A stretch of 64,000 bases of DNA from assembly GCF_006345805.1 (NCBI RefSeq), contig NC_043014.1, positions 4,154,001-4,218,000 on the forward strand, given 5' to 3'. The DNA is from Octopus sinensis (taxonomy: Eukaryota). Positions within the stretch are counted from its first letter, which is position 1. Each line of letters begins with the position of its first letter. This document shows positions 13,467 through 28,090 of the stretch, in pieces. A program made the translations under genes and the position numbers. Below the pieces are notes generated by a model. It was given only the letters and a program-made list of their open reading frames with translations. It ran no database searches and was not told where the DNA came from.

Positions 13467-14045
13467 CAGACATACCCGGCATTGCTGGGGATTCAAATGG
13501 CAAAGTTGGTATATAATATATTCCAGTCATTTTGAAACAGGTGATATGGGAAAGTGCAACATTGACAACAAAACATTTGTAGAGTAAATGCTGGGCTAAT
13601 TCAACTAAGCAACATGCTATGCGTCCGTCTGGAGTGTTTCAGGCCCTAACCTGTCATGCAAAATTGGAGGTGGGGTTTGTGTGATTTTTGAACGCACCAA
13701 AAAGCTGTCAGTGGATATACTCTCCTTTTAGCAGTGTGCGCTGTGTCTAACACGATACATCATCGGAAATTTTGACACCTCACGTCTGGTTTGTTGTCCT
13801 ACATCACTCATAGAGTAAATTTGTGGTTGTTCATTCGCGGGTACCAGAGAACCAATGAGAGGATACACTTGCCCTTGAACTTTGACGTCGGCGTAAATTC
13901 ATGTTTATCTATCTTCTTAGATTCACCAAACGATGTCATTTGAAATGCAGAGTTGATATTGTTCAGAAAATCCTTTGACTTGATGGAAGCGCCTTCTAGA
14001 AGATTTCTAAGGGGTTGAGATGGTAGTGTTGGCAATGATACCTGT
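13461..14045 (-). mobile_element. Helitron relic (copy B)
   Basis: Paralog of 1527-2130; ORF 13808-14035. Confidence 0.72.
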
Positions 14046-14142
14046 CCGAATATGTTGTCATCTATTGCATTGTTTTAAGTTCTAAACGATAATAAATACC
14101 CTGAAGTTCTATTTATATGATGCTATTTCTATTTTTTCACAG

Positions 14143-14194
14143 AACCGTTTCATCTCAAAGAAATCTCTCGACGATAAACCTGATGACACACCAA
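14143..14194 (+). CDS. Copy B exon 2
   Basis: cacag|aaccgt..ccaa|gtaag, 52 nt. Confidence 0.8.
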
Positions 14195-14404
14195 GTAAGA
14201 ACTAATTTTATAGCTAAAGTCTTTTACCCGTGTCTACTTAACTAATGATTTATAATTTTAGCAACTTTGAATTAGTTCCACATTACTATCCATATGTCCA
14301 CAATAATATATACTGAGGCACTTGCCTGAATTCATTTTAAAATATATAATACATTACAATAATTTCCTAAATAAAATGTTACTCTAATATACTATGCCAT
14401 TTAT

Positions 14405-16470
14405 TGAGTGTATATGAGTATATATGCAGCGCTACGTCGAGAATTGTACCAAGCCCTCTTCATCTGAGAATCAAATGCCCGAGCTGTCGCTTCACTGCGT
14501 TTATATCTACAATTCAGCATTCTGTCCACTCTTGTGCTTCCAATAATTCGTGAATAGAAACCCGAAATAATTATGTTCCACTTTCCTACAAAGTCGGTAT
14601 TTGTCAACCCTGCCTTGGTGTAGCCGGCAGCCAATCCATTCAATGCACGTTGTTGGTGACAATCAGATGAATCACGTAGCAGCATGTCGTCTACAAATAA
14701 CAGTCGACCGATCACGTAGAGATGAATTAGGAATCCTCTACCACAATGGCTGCGCATATTTAACCAGATCACAAAAAAGAATGTGAGATGGGGCACTAAC
14801 AATGCACACTTCAACTAAGTGAAACATTCACGTTGAAAACTTTCGACTTTTACATAAATACAATCATTTGAACATCCATATAAGTACTTTATGGCAACCA
14901 GTATTTGCCCATTAAACTCACCTTCATGGTAAACCATCCGCAACATGCCCCACGGCACGTGATCTTGTGCCTTTTCTTGGTTTACAGCGTATAAACCTTG
15001 GAAATATTTCAGTGTTTGCTGGAAGATCTGTCTTTGAACGATTATCTGGTCGGGTGTACTGCGTCCCGGACAGTAATCTTGGGCGCGACAATTTCCCTAC
15101 ATATCTTTTCCTGACATCTAGTGTAGACTTTTCTATAATTAGAACACTCTCTTTGGTCTGTGTTTGAAAAAATTGTGATTGTCACCCCATATTACCATTG
15201 CCTTGGTGTGTTTTCCACAGGTCCCATCCACCTAGCATACATTGGTCACTCAGAGAATACCATTTGTATTTAAGGTTTCTAAAATATCAAGCCGAACGTC
15301 CTTATCATCAGCAGCTTTACCACTTTTAAGTGAATTTAGCTCAAATAAGCGTTCAACCGAAGAAGAACCTGCCGAATAAAATAATACAATCACGAATCCA
15401 TTTCGATGTCCAGCTTCATTCAGGATGGTCACTCCCAATTTGGATGCAAAAGTCTCCACAATTTTATATCTGATCCCAGCATCCACAGCGGCTTCCAACT
15501 GTAGTCTGTAGGTCGCACTGGACTTACCAATTTCCAGTGTTCGGCAGACTGTAGGGATTCTCAGGTTTTCAGACATTTAGGTAGTGACGAGTTGACAACT
15601 CCGCCACTTCCTTTTACCCGAACGTTCAGCAAAGAGTGAAAGATGACCGAAATCTATCACAAACCTCTGTCACCAAGTATTTCTATATAAGGTACCCTTA
15701 TAAATATCCCTGTCTTCAAATAATATCTATACCAGAGAGAGGAGAGTGTGTATCCTGCACTGAAGGCTGCTATGACCTCTCCATTAAGTTCACTGACGAC
15801 ATTCCTTCCAATCAATCCTTCTCACGGTTATCAGTGCCAAGGTGTGCACTGAAGTCTCCTTGCAGGACAAATGACTTTACCCCAAATATATCTAATTCTG
15901 AGTGTGAATTTGCCAAGAAAGGATTCGTATTTGAGCTCGCTGTTTGCTGCATATACTTACAGCAGCCAAAGTGGCCCTTCATATTCAGCCTTATTTTCAA
16001 GAGGTGAACCCTCACACCTAGTAAGTTTCATTCCATAATACTATCCGAATGCTGGGAATTGAGTGTATCCTAATCCCACCTGTGCTGACATTGTTGGCAC
16101 CACAGTTGCGTAGTGGAGTTTCAAGCCTATATCCAAGAGTACGCTATCGGAGAAACGAAATTTTGTAGAGGAGACTCCGATCATATCTTACAGGCAGATT
16201 ATATCTAACAATTTTGTCTTTTTAATTCTCAATTATTAAGGGTTGTTCCCTTCTTGATCTGCTTTGTTGTCCTGAGACCGTCAATTTTGTGCTCTCAACC
16301 CACGCACCCCAGATCAATTTGCAGGCTTCTTGCTGGTTGCACCGGTATTGGGTGGGGTGTGCTATACATTTATCGACAAATGATGCGGTATGGTTGTTAT
16401 TTTCATATTGTAGTTATGATGGCCTTATTTGCGCCGAGCTCCAAACTGATATATGTAATTGACCGATGAA
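14405..16470 (-). mobile_element. Decayed RTE-like LINE in intron 2 (copy B)
   Basis: Paralog of 2490-4600. Confidence 0.6.
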
Positions 16471-16861
16471 TATTCGCACCTGGCGAATATTTTATCATTA
16501 TTCTATTGAGTTTTATCATTATTCTATTGAGAAGTATATATACTCATACCCAAGTTTACGTATCATACATACATCCGTTCATAGCGGAGACCGATACACA
16601 TTCTGATATTCTGATATTAATCTCTCAAATCTTTGACATCAACGTCAACAACAGGCTCAACAGACAAATGTCTTTTTTCTTTCTTTACAATTTATTCTTA
16701 TTATTTACATCTTTCGTTCTGACTTTCATTCATTCACTCGTTCTTTCTTAAATTCTATATTTCTCTCTTCTCCATCAATTCCTTCCCATCCAACAACCTA
16801 CTTTGTAAATGATCCCCCAATTCTTTCTTTTAAACTAAATTATTTCATTTTAATTTCGCAG

Positions 16862-16936
16862 AACCCGGTCTCGGATCATTGTATACCCGGTGGGGCAGAA
16901 CAACTTGTCCTCCTTATTCAAAACTTGTATATGACG
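16862..16936 (+). CDS. Copy B exon 3
   Basis: cgcag|aacccggt..gacg|gttagt, 75 nt, same peptide as copy A. Confidence 0.86.
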
Positions 16937-18433
16937 GTTAGTATACTTTATATTTCTCACCTCTCATTCTCTTTTTGTCTTTCTCTTGTTCTCTTTTTAT
17001 ACCTCTTATTCTCTCTTTTTGTTGCCTCTCTTTCTCTCTCACCCTCTCTCTCACGCACATGCACACACACTCACCCTTTGTCGAGTTGTTTGACATATAC
17101 ATTCTCAATTCCTCTTATGATATGTCACGTTTCAAACGTCTATACCTGTAGACTATACAGACACTACACAAGACTGCTTACTCCTTTGTAGGTATTTGGT
17201 CAAATCAGAATATTATATGTTGTCTACTACGGAACATGTGAAAAGGATGTTGTCTAACCACAGAATATAGATATCTCTACGTTAAATTACAGACAGGGGC
17301 TGGACTGAAAACCACCATGGCGATCAAGAAGTTCAGGCTGACCAGCTTTGGATTGTAGATATCAAATACCGAGGCTGCTAACTGGTGATCAATTGTACTG
17401 GCTACGGATGGTAGTATTGTACGTGAGTGACCAGAGCTGAATAGTGGCCACTTGACTATCATTAACTAGAGTGCCCAGTGATCGTAGGTGTGGGCTAAAT
17501 TGAAAAGAGACTATTAGAATTGATGACAGTGACTGTAAACGATTAATGAAATGAACGCACAATGTAGAATGAGGACTGGACAAGCCACATACTGTAACTG
17601 ATGGAAAAAGCTAAGGACTGTATTCATTAAGTAAAATATAGAGAGACTAAATATTAGTGAGAGAACACAACAGAGTACAGAATGCACTTCTATTCTTCTC
17701 CGCCTCACCGAAATCGTCCTATCGCTAAAACCTTGTTCTTTTCATGCACCACATCACCTCATTAATTATCCAGTATATCTTTGTAAGGTAATTCCGAAAC
17801 TTCCAATTCAAAACTGCTGCTACAAACCCCGCTTCGGCAATGAACCTCACATTTCCTAAAAATGTTCTGAATCTGCTCTCTATAAACCCTACACGTATCC
17901 TTTATCGGTAGCCCACTTCGCCGTCCATTCATCTTAAGCACTACGCCATCACTGAAACTCACAATCTTTCCTCCCACCTCGTTTCTGCGTATTGCATGAA
18001 AAAAAGTCTGTGTGATCATAACGTCTATGTAAGCCTGATTCCTCCGAGTCTAAACGAGAGGTTTAGCCACTGACTCTCGTATGATCGACTAAACAACATT
18101 TCATCGACGGTTACCCACCACTTCTCTGCATCTCGTCGTCTCCCCTATTGTCCTACTCAAACCACCAACAATTTCCACCACCCAAAATATCCCCGTTCAC
18201 ACGTGAACATCTTTTCCATTTCGGATAAACACGTGTGCATGCGTTAAAAAATCTTACTTTTTCTCCATCTGGTGACATCCACCGAAAAACACCTACCCCA
18301 TGCATGCACACATAATAATCCACGTCGTAACCACAAATAGGTACCCGTATACACAAAACATATATATATATATAAATGGAGTTGTATGAAACAATCATAC
18401 CGCATTATCTCTGGATATCCTTGTTGCTTATTA

Positions 18434-18481
<48 letters not shown>

Positions 18482-18685
18482 AGAAGGCAAATGCACAGCT
18501 ACGATCTCATACATACCTCAACACACTGCTTACACTCATATAAACACTAACATATACACCACAATTCCTTCACACGCGAGTAAACATGACTTCTTTAAAT
18601 GAAAAATTGTAATGAATGTTTCCGTTATTTCATATATAATTTTGCTTAATATCTTTTTTACTTGATTTGTTCTTACCAATTCTAG

Positions 18686-19175
18686 GTGTGGTTGGTGGAC
18701 TACATTTTAACCATCCTGGTGGCGGAAGTAATCTCTTGTGCCTACCTAACGACCCCATTTGGGCCAATTATACGACAGAAGTTGAAAAAGGTGGTTACAT
18801 TTATGGTAGTGAATATCAATTAGATTTATACCCAACAAATAAACTCTTTTCTTTTGCTAACGCTGAATCAATTCATCAACACAACGTTCCGTGCGCTGTC
18901 TGTTTGACACGACAACCTGCTGTTGTTATGATGTTACCAGCCAGGACACAGTGTTACGCTGGTTGGACAGCTGAGTATTCAGGATATTTGATGAGCGAGT
19001 ATTATAATGCAAAGGGCAGACATGATTATGTGTGTGTGGATTATGCACCAGAAGCTGATCCAGCGGGTTACGGAAACGAAGATGGAGCTCTACTGTATTT
19101 CGTTCAGGCTGCTTGTCATGTCCACCGTATGTCAATGGTCGAGAATTAACCTGCGTTGTGTGCAGTAAATACTGA
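18686..19175 (+). pseudogene. Copy B exon 4 with 10-nt deletion near the 3' end (frameshift, stop at 19149)
   Basis: Copy A gcttgt-ggttcattgc-catgtcc versus B gcttgt-catgtcc. GSLPCPPYVNGRELTCVVCSKY is replaced by HVHRMSMVEN*. Confidence 0.82.
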
Positions 19176-20649
19176 ATAGAATTTACATTCGTTTCTATAT
19201 GAAAATTTATGTCGGCGAATCATAAAATATAATATAATAAAGCAACATATACGTTTCTTGTAATTGTGTTTCGCAGTATTGTATCCGACTAATATATGTC
19301 GTTTAAGAAATTGCTGCTACAAGTTTTCAGAAAATATTCAAAACGAAACAACAGAGACGTCATAGAATGTGACAAATAGCTTAACAAAACGATGTAATCC
19401 TCAGGGAATGATTCTAGAATACATTGTATGAGGTTCAGTTTATCAAATTCCAAAGTTGAAATAAAATAATGATTCGTTTAAATGTGTGTTGTATTCCGTC
19501 TTAAAATGAAAACAATCCCCAAATGAAACACCTCCGTACAAATATATCACCATTTCATGATCAATCTTCAGAAAACAAGATAAAAGCTTATAACTAACAT
19601 CACTAAATCATGATGGTTTAATAAAAAAAATACTCCCATACGTATCATTGTAACTACAATCGATGCGATGAAAGCTCTGCAATCCAATCGTGGATATTAC
19701 CTAATAAAGGATATTTGATATCCACTGAAGAAATACCACAAAATGTTGACTACCTAACTACTTGTCAGGTTACTAACACATTGAAGTTTTCACGAAACAC
19801 TTTCGACAAGGGTACAAGTACACGTCCCACGATTAACTATTTTCAACCTACATTCACATATTCCCGCGTTTCTACAAAAATCACACACACACAGCCTCGC
19901 GTCACATTACACACGCAGCCTCTCATCGTTCCCTGAACACTGATGTGCCAAAATAAAATATGAAACCACCAAGAAATATGAGTACACCTCATGAACAGCA
20001 TCAACCGAATCTACAGCAACACCACAAAACATCGAGTTCAACAAATTATCTCCGTCTGTAACATAAAACTATCAAACTCGCAGAAGAGGAACTTGCTTCG
20101 AGATACATGCATACAATAACTGTAACACACATAAACGACTTAGTAATGAAAGGAAGACGACTTATAAAATATACATTAGGTGGAATCAGTGCAACATGTT
20201 GAGTCTTTCACACTCTACCCAGCATGATTGCTCCTTGTATGTGGGAGTTTGTAGGATGGCTGCCAGATAAACGAAGGTATCCGTGGAAAGAGGGATCTGT
20301 GGGTGGCAGCACGTTTTTTGTCCGATTAATTGCGTGCCATAAGAATGCTCGATTGTGAAAAAGCTAGAGAAAAAGAATAATAATTAAGTAATATGAAAGC
20401 ACGAAATGCAAATTGACAAATGAATATATGGAAACATTCAACATGGCGTTTCCAGTGAACAGTATTAGCGCTCAGTGTTAGGCATCAGCAATTTTTGGGT
20501 TCGTTAAAATGTGCTAATGGCATATTTCAAACTCTAAATGCAAATTCTGTGCAGAAAGCGGCAAAAACAGCATATCAGTCCAGTGCTGCTCCCTATCGGG
20601 TGCCAGTTCAACCGTTATCAAAAGATAAGTGCCCGCATTTTCCCACGTA

Positions 20650-20681
20650 TTTGTGTGTGTGAGTGTGTGTGTCAGTGTGTT

Positions 20682-20718
<37 letters not shown>

Positions 20719-21439
20719 TTCAGTGTGTGTGTGTGTGTGTTTGTCAGTGTGTGTGTATGTCAGTGTGTGTGTATTTGTGTGTGTGTAAGTGTGTGTGTAT
20801 GTATGTCAGTGTGTGCGTGTGTATATATGTCAGTGTGTGTGTGTGTGTCAGTGTGTGTGTGTGTTTGTGTGTGTATGTGTGTGTTTTGTGTGTGTGTGTG
20901 TGTTTGTGTGTGTGTATGTGTGTGTGTCTGTGTGTGTGTGTGTGTGTCAGTGTGTGTGTGTGTGTCAGTATATGTGTGTGTGTGTATGTGTGTTTGTCAA
21001 TGTGTGTCTGTGTTTGTCAGTGTGTGTGTAAGTGTGTCAGTGTGTGATTGTGTCATTGTGTGTGTTTGTGTGTGTGTATGTCAGTGTTCGTGTGTGTGTG
21101 TGTCAGTGTGTGTGTGTGTATATCAGTGTGTGTGTATGTGTGTGTATATCAGTGTGTGTGTATTTGTGAATCTGTATGAGAGTGTGTGCGTGTATATGTG
21201 TATCAGTGTGTGTGTGTCAGTGTGTGTGTGTGTGTTTGTGTGTGTGTGTCAGTAAGTGCGTGTGTTTACGTGTGTATGTGTGTCAGTGTGTGTGTGTGTG
21301 TGTGTTTGTGTCAGGGTGTGTATGTGTATGTGAGTGTGTGGATGCGTGTGTGTGTGTGTGTCAGTGTGTGTGTGTGTGTGTGTGTGTGTCAGTGTGTGAG
21401 CGTGTGTGTTTGTGTGTGTGTGTGTCAGTGTGTGTGTTT

Positions 21440-21474
<35 letters not shown>

Positions 21475-21485
21475 TTTGTGTCTGT
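20650..21485. repeat. Imperfect (GT)n tract
   Basis: Direct sequence. Confidence 0.9.
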
Positions 21486-21905
21486 GTATTTGTTGGTTGA
21501 ACGAAATACTTCCCACACAGAATATTAAAACAGTTTCCCAAGAATAACAAATAAAATTAAATAACAACATTAGTAAATAAATATATCATAATATATCCAG
21601 AAACAGGAATCATTTCACTTTACACGTGTCTCTCATTCATCAAAATATTTTGCTAATTATTGTCTGACAATATCAAACCATCTCTTTCCAATAATTAAAC
21701 CTGTCAGACAAGTTCACACCCGCTTTTACAGTTCCACCAATCGCATTGGTTCATAAATTTACGATAAGATCTATGCCAGAGCTGGGTTGTTGTGCGCTCA
21801 ATAAATACGTGGAATTCAGTTACAGGTCTTCAGCTTAAACCTCGCATCTCGATCTTTTGTTGAAGCCACACGAAGTATCACGTACAACCGACAACTGTCA
21901 CCAGA

Positions 21906-22049
21906 ATGGATTTCGCACAATTGTCCAGGAATATTTCGCAGCGTTATTCCATTTCTTCTCTCATAGCTTTTGGGGTTCTTCTCGTTCTGACGATCGTGAT
22001 TCTTCATCAAGATTCAAGAATAGGAAAACTGGAAGAGAAATCGAAAACG
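21906..22049 (+). CDS. Copy C exon 1
   Basis: 144 nt, ATG to acg|gtaagt; one amino-acid difference from B (M42L). Confidence 0.75.
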
Positions 22050-22608
22050 GTAAGTCATGGATTTTGTGTTAATATATGTATGTCTTTATGTATTTATATA
22101 TGCATGTATGTATGTATGCATTTACGTATGTATGTATTAATATATTTAGTTATCTACTTACGGATGTATGGATGGATGGACGGATGTATGCATGAACCAT
22201 GTACATATGTTTCTATAGTGCACACCTACACATACGGTCCATCACACACGTAATCACAGAAAAACACACAGGCGCACACACCTAAACATACATATATGTA
22301 TATACATATATATACATATACATATATTTGTATATATAATATACATATATGTATATATAAATATACATATATATGAATATATTAGTGCGTGTACATATAT
22401 ATATATATACAAACATATATATGCGTGAGTGTATATCTCTCTCTCTCTCTATATATATATTTTTTGGTTTCACTAGAAGTCATTTTATAAAGTAGAAAAA
22501 ATAGCTAAGATTTTTAGCTGCTATTTCTAAACTTCGGTATGTGGTAAAGCAAATCTTTACTGAAAACAGTTTATTAAGTATGTATATATATATATATATA
22601 CATACATA

Positions 22609-22668
<60 letters not shown>

Positions 22669-22849
22669 CATATATATATATATATATACATACATATGTA
22701 TATATATACACACAAACATGTATATGCGTGTGTGTATGTTACTATCTGTGTATCTCTCTCTCTGTCTCTCTCTCTCTGTCTCTCTCTATACATATATATG
22801 TGTGTGTGCGTGTGTGTGTGTGTGTGTGTGTCTAAAAATATATTCTTTC

Positions 22850-23072
22850 ACCCGTTTCAGTCATTTGACTGCGGCCATGCTAGAGCACTGCATTTAGTAG
22901 GACAAATCGACTTCAGGAATTATTCTTTGTAAGCCTAGTGCTCATTCTATCGGTATCTCTAGCCGAGCCGCTATGTAACGGGGACGTAAACACACCGACA
23001 TCAGTTGAGAAGCGATTGTGGTGCGACGATCACAGACACATACATAATACATAGATACATACATACACATCT

Positions 23073-23125
<53 letters not shown>

Positions 23126-23265
23126 GCACCCTTCTTTCAGTCTCAATCTACTAAATCTACTGACATGGCTCTGGTCAGCTCGACGTTATAGTGGTAGGCA
23201 TTCGTCCAATTTTCTACCCAGTGGGACTGAACAGAATACCTTGTGGTTAACAAGCAAGTGTCTTA
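22850..23265 (-). mobile_element. Octopus-type SINE
   Basis: Same family as 6385-6780, reverse orientation. Confidence 0.75.
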
Positions 23266-23279
23266 CCACACAGACACTG

Positions 23280-23369
<90 letters not shown>

Positions 23370-23478
23370 TATACATATATACAGATAATGTGCGAAATAT
23401 AATTAATTTAATAAAATCAATAAATTTCACCTAGTAGTATTTCGGTATGGAAAAGAACCATATACGGTAAAAATATAT

Positions 23479-23658
23479 ATAATTATAATAAGAGCTCTTT
23501 GCAACAAGTTGCTTAAACCACATACCGAAAATATTAGAAATAGCAGTCAAAGGGCTACCATTTCTACCATTGTTGTAATAGAAATGGTAGGTCTTTGACT
23601 GCTATTTCTAATATTTTTGTATGTGGTTTAAGCAACTTGTTGCTAAAAACCCTTATTA

Positions 23659-23665
<7 letters not shown>
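23479..23665. repeat. Long inverted repeat (arms ~87 bp, 12-nt loop), MITE-like
   Basis: ..gcaacaagttgcttaaaccacatac..tagaaatagcagtcaaag..ctaccatttcta / ccattgttgtaa / tagaaatggtag..ctttgactgctatttcta..gtatgtggtttaagcaacttgttgc.. Confidence 0.9.
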
Positions 23666-23697
<32 letters not shown>

Positions 23698-23704
23698 TTA
23701 TATA

Positions 23705-23985
23705 TTCATATATCACCGTGACCGACCAGATGTTAGTACACATCGCTGGCCACAATGCGCTTCGCATTGTTTTAGTCTTCAAATGACGCCGCTCCGCTGG
23801 CTAAGCGAGCAGGTCAAGAGAAGAAAGAGTGAGCGAAAGTTGTGGCGAAAGAGAACAGCAGGGATCGCGACCAACCCCTGCCGGGGCCGCGTGGGGCTTT
23901 GGGTGTTTTTCACTCAATAAACACACACAACGCTCGGTCTGGGAATCGAAAACGTGGTCCTACGGACACTGGGCCATTGTGCCTC
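23705..23985 (-). mobile_element. Second SINE family copy
   Basis: Reverse complement of the 12305-12570 type. Confidence 0.65.
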
Positions 23986-24013
23986 CACACACACAAACAC
24001 ACACACACACACA

Positions 24014-24093
<80 letters not shown>

Positions 24094-24170
24094 CATATCA
24101 TATATACATACACACATGTATTGTTACGTATGTATATACATACATATCTATTTATGTATCTATCTATCTA

Positions 24171-24262
<92 letters not shown>

Positions 24263-24719
24263 ATATATGTATATATACATATACACACATCCCAAGTAAA
24301 CACAAAGAAGAGTGGAATTGTACTCCTGTCCGATCGCTCTTTCACCAGACATAATCCTGGAGAGGGAAATAAGTGCGTAATGAAAAAAATCTAATGGTGG
24401 GGTTCTAGCATGGCCATGCCCTGTCGCTGCAACGTTTAGCCCTATTAATATTAGTGTTAAGTATTATATCAAGATGTACACATGCGCACACGCACAGAAA
24501 CAGACACATACAAACACACACACACACACACATAGGAATACGTACATATTTACACACATTTATCTATTTCTCTCCATCAGGAACGGAAGTGAGGCGAGTT
24601 TTTTTTAATCTTTTCTTTCCAACTGAAAATAAAACGTGCGAGTGCCAATGTAGATCGGTGAATTTCGTAATGTTTGACTGTAATTCACGTTGGTTTTTAT
24701 ATATGACAATATGTAAGAA

Positions 24720-25658
24720 CGAATGTAAATACATACACACAGACACACGGACAAACACACACACCAGCACAGATGTCCACATATACCTTTAACGAACAAT
24801 ACTCTTACAGATACGCCCACACTTATACACACATGGGCAGAGACACACACGCACATACACGTACTTAAGCGCACACACGCACGCACATTACTCCCACACA
24901 ACTCCAGAAAAACCCAAAACACACACGCATGTACAAATTCACATACACACCGATACATATACATACACACAATATATGCCTACACGCACACACATACACA
25001 TCCGTATACACATATAGACACAGACACACACACACACGCACGCAAAAACATGCGCACACATACGCACGTACACACGCACACGAATGCACACACCGAAAAC
25101 TCACAACCCCACGGATACACGCATATATACCCAAATACGCTTACACACACACATACAAACCTACACGTACATGCACTCACGCACATACGAGACGCACGCA
25201 CATACATACACACACACACAAATGAACCCACACATACGTCCCATACACACGGTACACAATAATACATACACGCGCACAATTATACATACATGTACACACA
25301 CATACACACAGTTATTCGCCACACACCCAAACTCTACACACACACGTACACGTGTCATCATTGCACGCATATACACATACAAACACACGCACACATACAC
25401 TCTATAAAGTACTGTTATTCGCCAAACACCCTAACTCTACGCCTACACACACGAACACACACACATGCACACACACACACTACAAATAATAAACACACAC
25501 GATACATATACATACACGCACACACACACATACATCAAACTAGCAGTACCTACTACTTGACCTGTGGTAGAGACAAAAGGAGCCACGCCCAATTCCTTCT
25601 TCCTTGACCTTAACACTACTAACCCTACAACACACAAAGTTTAACAGCCACAACCACA

Positions 25659-25704
<46 letters not shown>

Positions 25705-25760
25705 TGAACTTTGCACACATACACGCATACACACACACGCACACGCAGACCTCCGCGCCC
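24720..25760. repeat. Degenerate (CA)n-rich tract
   Basis: Direct sequence. Confidence 0.85.
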
Positions 25761-26074
25761 GCTCTTATCCACACTTACACACACATTCCTCCTCCTCTAC
25801 CACTCTCCTGTCTTTGAAAGAACTTTTCATCACCCATCTCCTTCCGGTTATTCAAAATGTGTGTGCGTGTGTACCTTTGGCGATTTTTTCCCCTGTATTC
25901 CCTCCTCTGGATCATTCCATCTCGTATGTTTCCGACGAAGAGCTCCACCCGAAACGTTAAACCCTCCTTCTTTCTTTCCTTCCTGGGCGTCCAATAAATA
26001 CTATATTTGTTCCACGTCCACGCGTTGATGTGCTTCTTTGTGCTTTTTTGTTTGGATTAAATTTAACTATATAT

Positions 26075-26159
<85 letters not shown>

Positions 26160-26213
26160 GAAATATCTATGTGTATATACATATGTGTGTGTGTGTGTAT
26201 GTGTGTGTGTGTG

Positions 26214-26590
26214 TACTAGCAGACATACCCGGCATTGCTGGGGATATACTCTCCTTTGCAGCAGTGTGCGCTGTGTCTAACACGACCCATCATCGGAAAT
26301 TTTGACACCTCACGTCGGGTTTCTTGTCCTACATCACTCATAGAGTAAATTTGGAGGAACTGTGGTTGTTCATTCGCGAGTACCAGGGAACCAATGATGG
26401 GATAGACTTGCCCTTGAACTTTGACGTCGGGGTAAATTCATGTTTATCTATCTTCTTAGATTCACCAAACGATGTCATTTGAAATGCAGAGTTGTATTGT
26501 CTGATATTGTTCAGAAAATCCTTTGACTGGATTGAAGCGCCTTCTAGAAGATTTCTAAGGGGTTGAGATGGTAGTGTTGGCAATGATACC
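26214..26590 (-). mobile_element. Helitron relic (copy C) with internal deletion
   Basis: Intact actagcagacatacccggcattgctgggg terminus. Joined at ggat microhomology to sequence about 235 bp further on in copy A. Confidence 0.75.
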
Positions 26591-26690
26591 TGTCCGAATA
26601 TGTTGTCATCTATTGCATTGTTTTAAGTTCTAAACGATTATAAATACCCTGAAATTCTATTTATATGATGCTATTTCTATTTTTTCACAG

Positions 26691-26742
26691 AACCGTTTCA
26701 TCTCCAAGAAATCTCTCGACGATAAACCTGATGACACACCAA
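26691..26742 (+). CDS. Copy C exon 2 (copy C has no detectable exon 3; likely pseudogene)
   Basis: 52-nt exon with canonical borders. Intron 2 homology stops at ~27400. Confidence 0.7.
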
Positions 26743-27411
26743 GTAAGAAGTATTTTTATGGCTAAAGTCTTTTACCCGTGTCTCCTTAACTAATGATTTA
26801 TAATTTCACCAACTTTGAATCATTCGTGAATAGAGACCCGCAATAATGATGTTCCACTTTCCTACAAAGTCGGTATTTGTCAATCCTGCCTTGGGGTACT
26901 CGGCAGCCAACCCATTCGATGCACGTTGTTGGTGACCATCAGACGAATCAGGTAGCAGCATGTCGTCTACAAATAACAGTCGACCGATCACGTAGAGATG
27001 AATTAGGAATCCTCTACCACAATGGCTGCGCATATTCAACCAGATCACAAAAAAGAATGTGAGAAGGGGCACTAACAATGCACACTTAAACTAAGTGAAA
27101 CCTTCACGTTGAAAACTTTCGACTTTTACATAAATACAAACATTTGAACATCCATATAAGTACTTTATGGCAACCAGTTTTTGCCCATTAAACTCACCTT
27201 CCTGGTAAACCATCCGCAACATGCCCCAGGGCACGTGATTCCCTGGTTTACAGCGTATAAACCTTAGAAATATTTCAATGTTTGCTGGAAGACCTGTCTT
27301 TGAACGACTCTCTGGTTGGGTGTACTGCGTCCCGGACAGTAATCTTGGGCGCGACAATTTCCCTACATATCTTTTCCTGACATCTAGTGTAGACTTTTTG
27401 ATAATATTTTT

Positions 27412-27962
27412 GTATGTATGTATGAATGTATGTATGTATGTATGTATGTATGTATGTATGTATGTATGTATGTATATATGTATGTATGTATGTATGCATG
27501 TATGTATGTATGCATGTATGCATGTATGTATGTATGTATGTATGTATGTATGTATATATGTATGTATGTATGTATGCATGTATGCATGTATGTATGTATG
27601 TATGCATGTATGTATGTATGTATGTAAGTATGTATGTATGTATTATGTATGGATGTTGTATGTATGTATGTATTATGTATGGATGTTGTATGTATGTATG
27701 TACGTACGTATGCACGTATATATGTATGGATCGATGGATGCATGTATGGATGGATGTATGTATGTATGTATATATGGATGGATGGATGCATATATGTATG
27801 TATATATGTATGTATGTATTTATTATGTATGTATGTATGTATGTAAGTATGTATGTATTATGTATGTATGTATGTATGTACGTATGTATGTATGTACGTA
27901 GGTATGTATGTATGTATGTATGTACGTATATATGTACGTATGTATGTATGTTTGTATGTACG

Positions 27963-27996
<34 letters not shown>

Positions 27997-28090
27997 TGTA
28001 TGTATATATGCATGCATGTATGTATGTATGGATGGATGGGTGGCTGGCTGGCTGGCTGGCTGGCTGGATGGATGGATGGATGGATGAATG
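27412..28090. repeat. (TATG)n/(GATG)n microsatellite
   Basis: Direct sequence. Confidence 0.95.
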
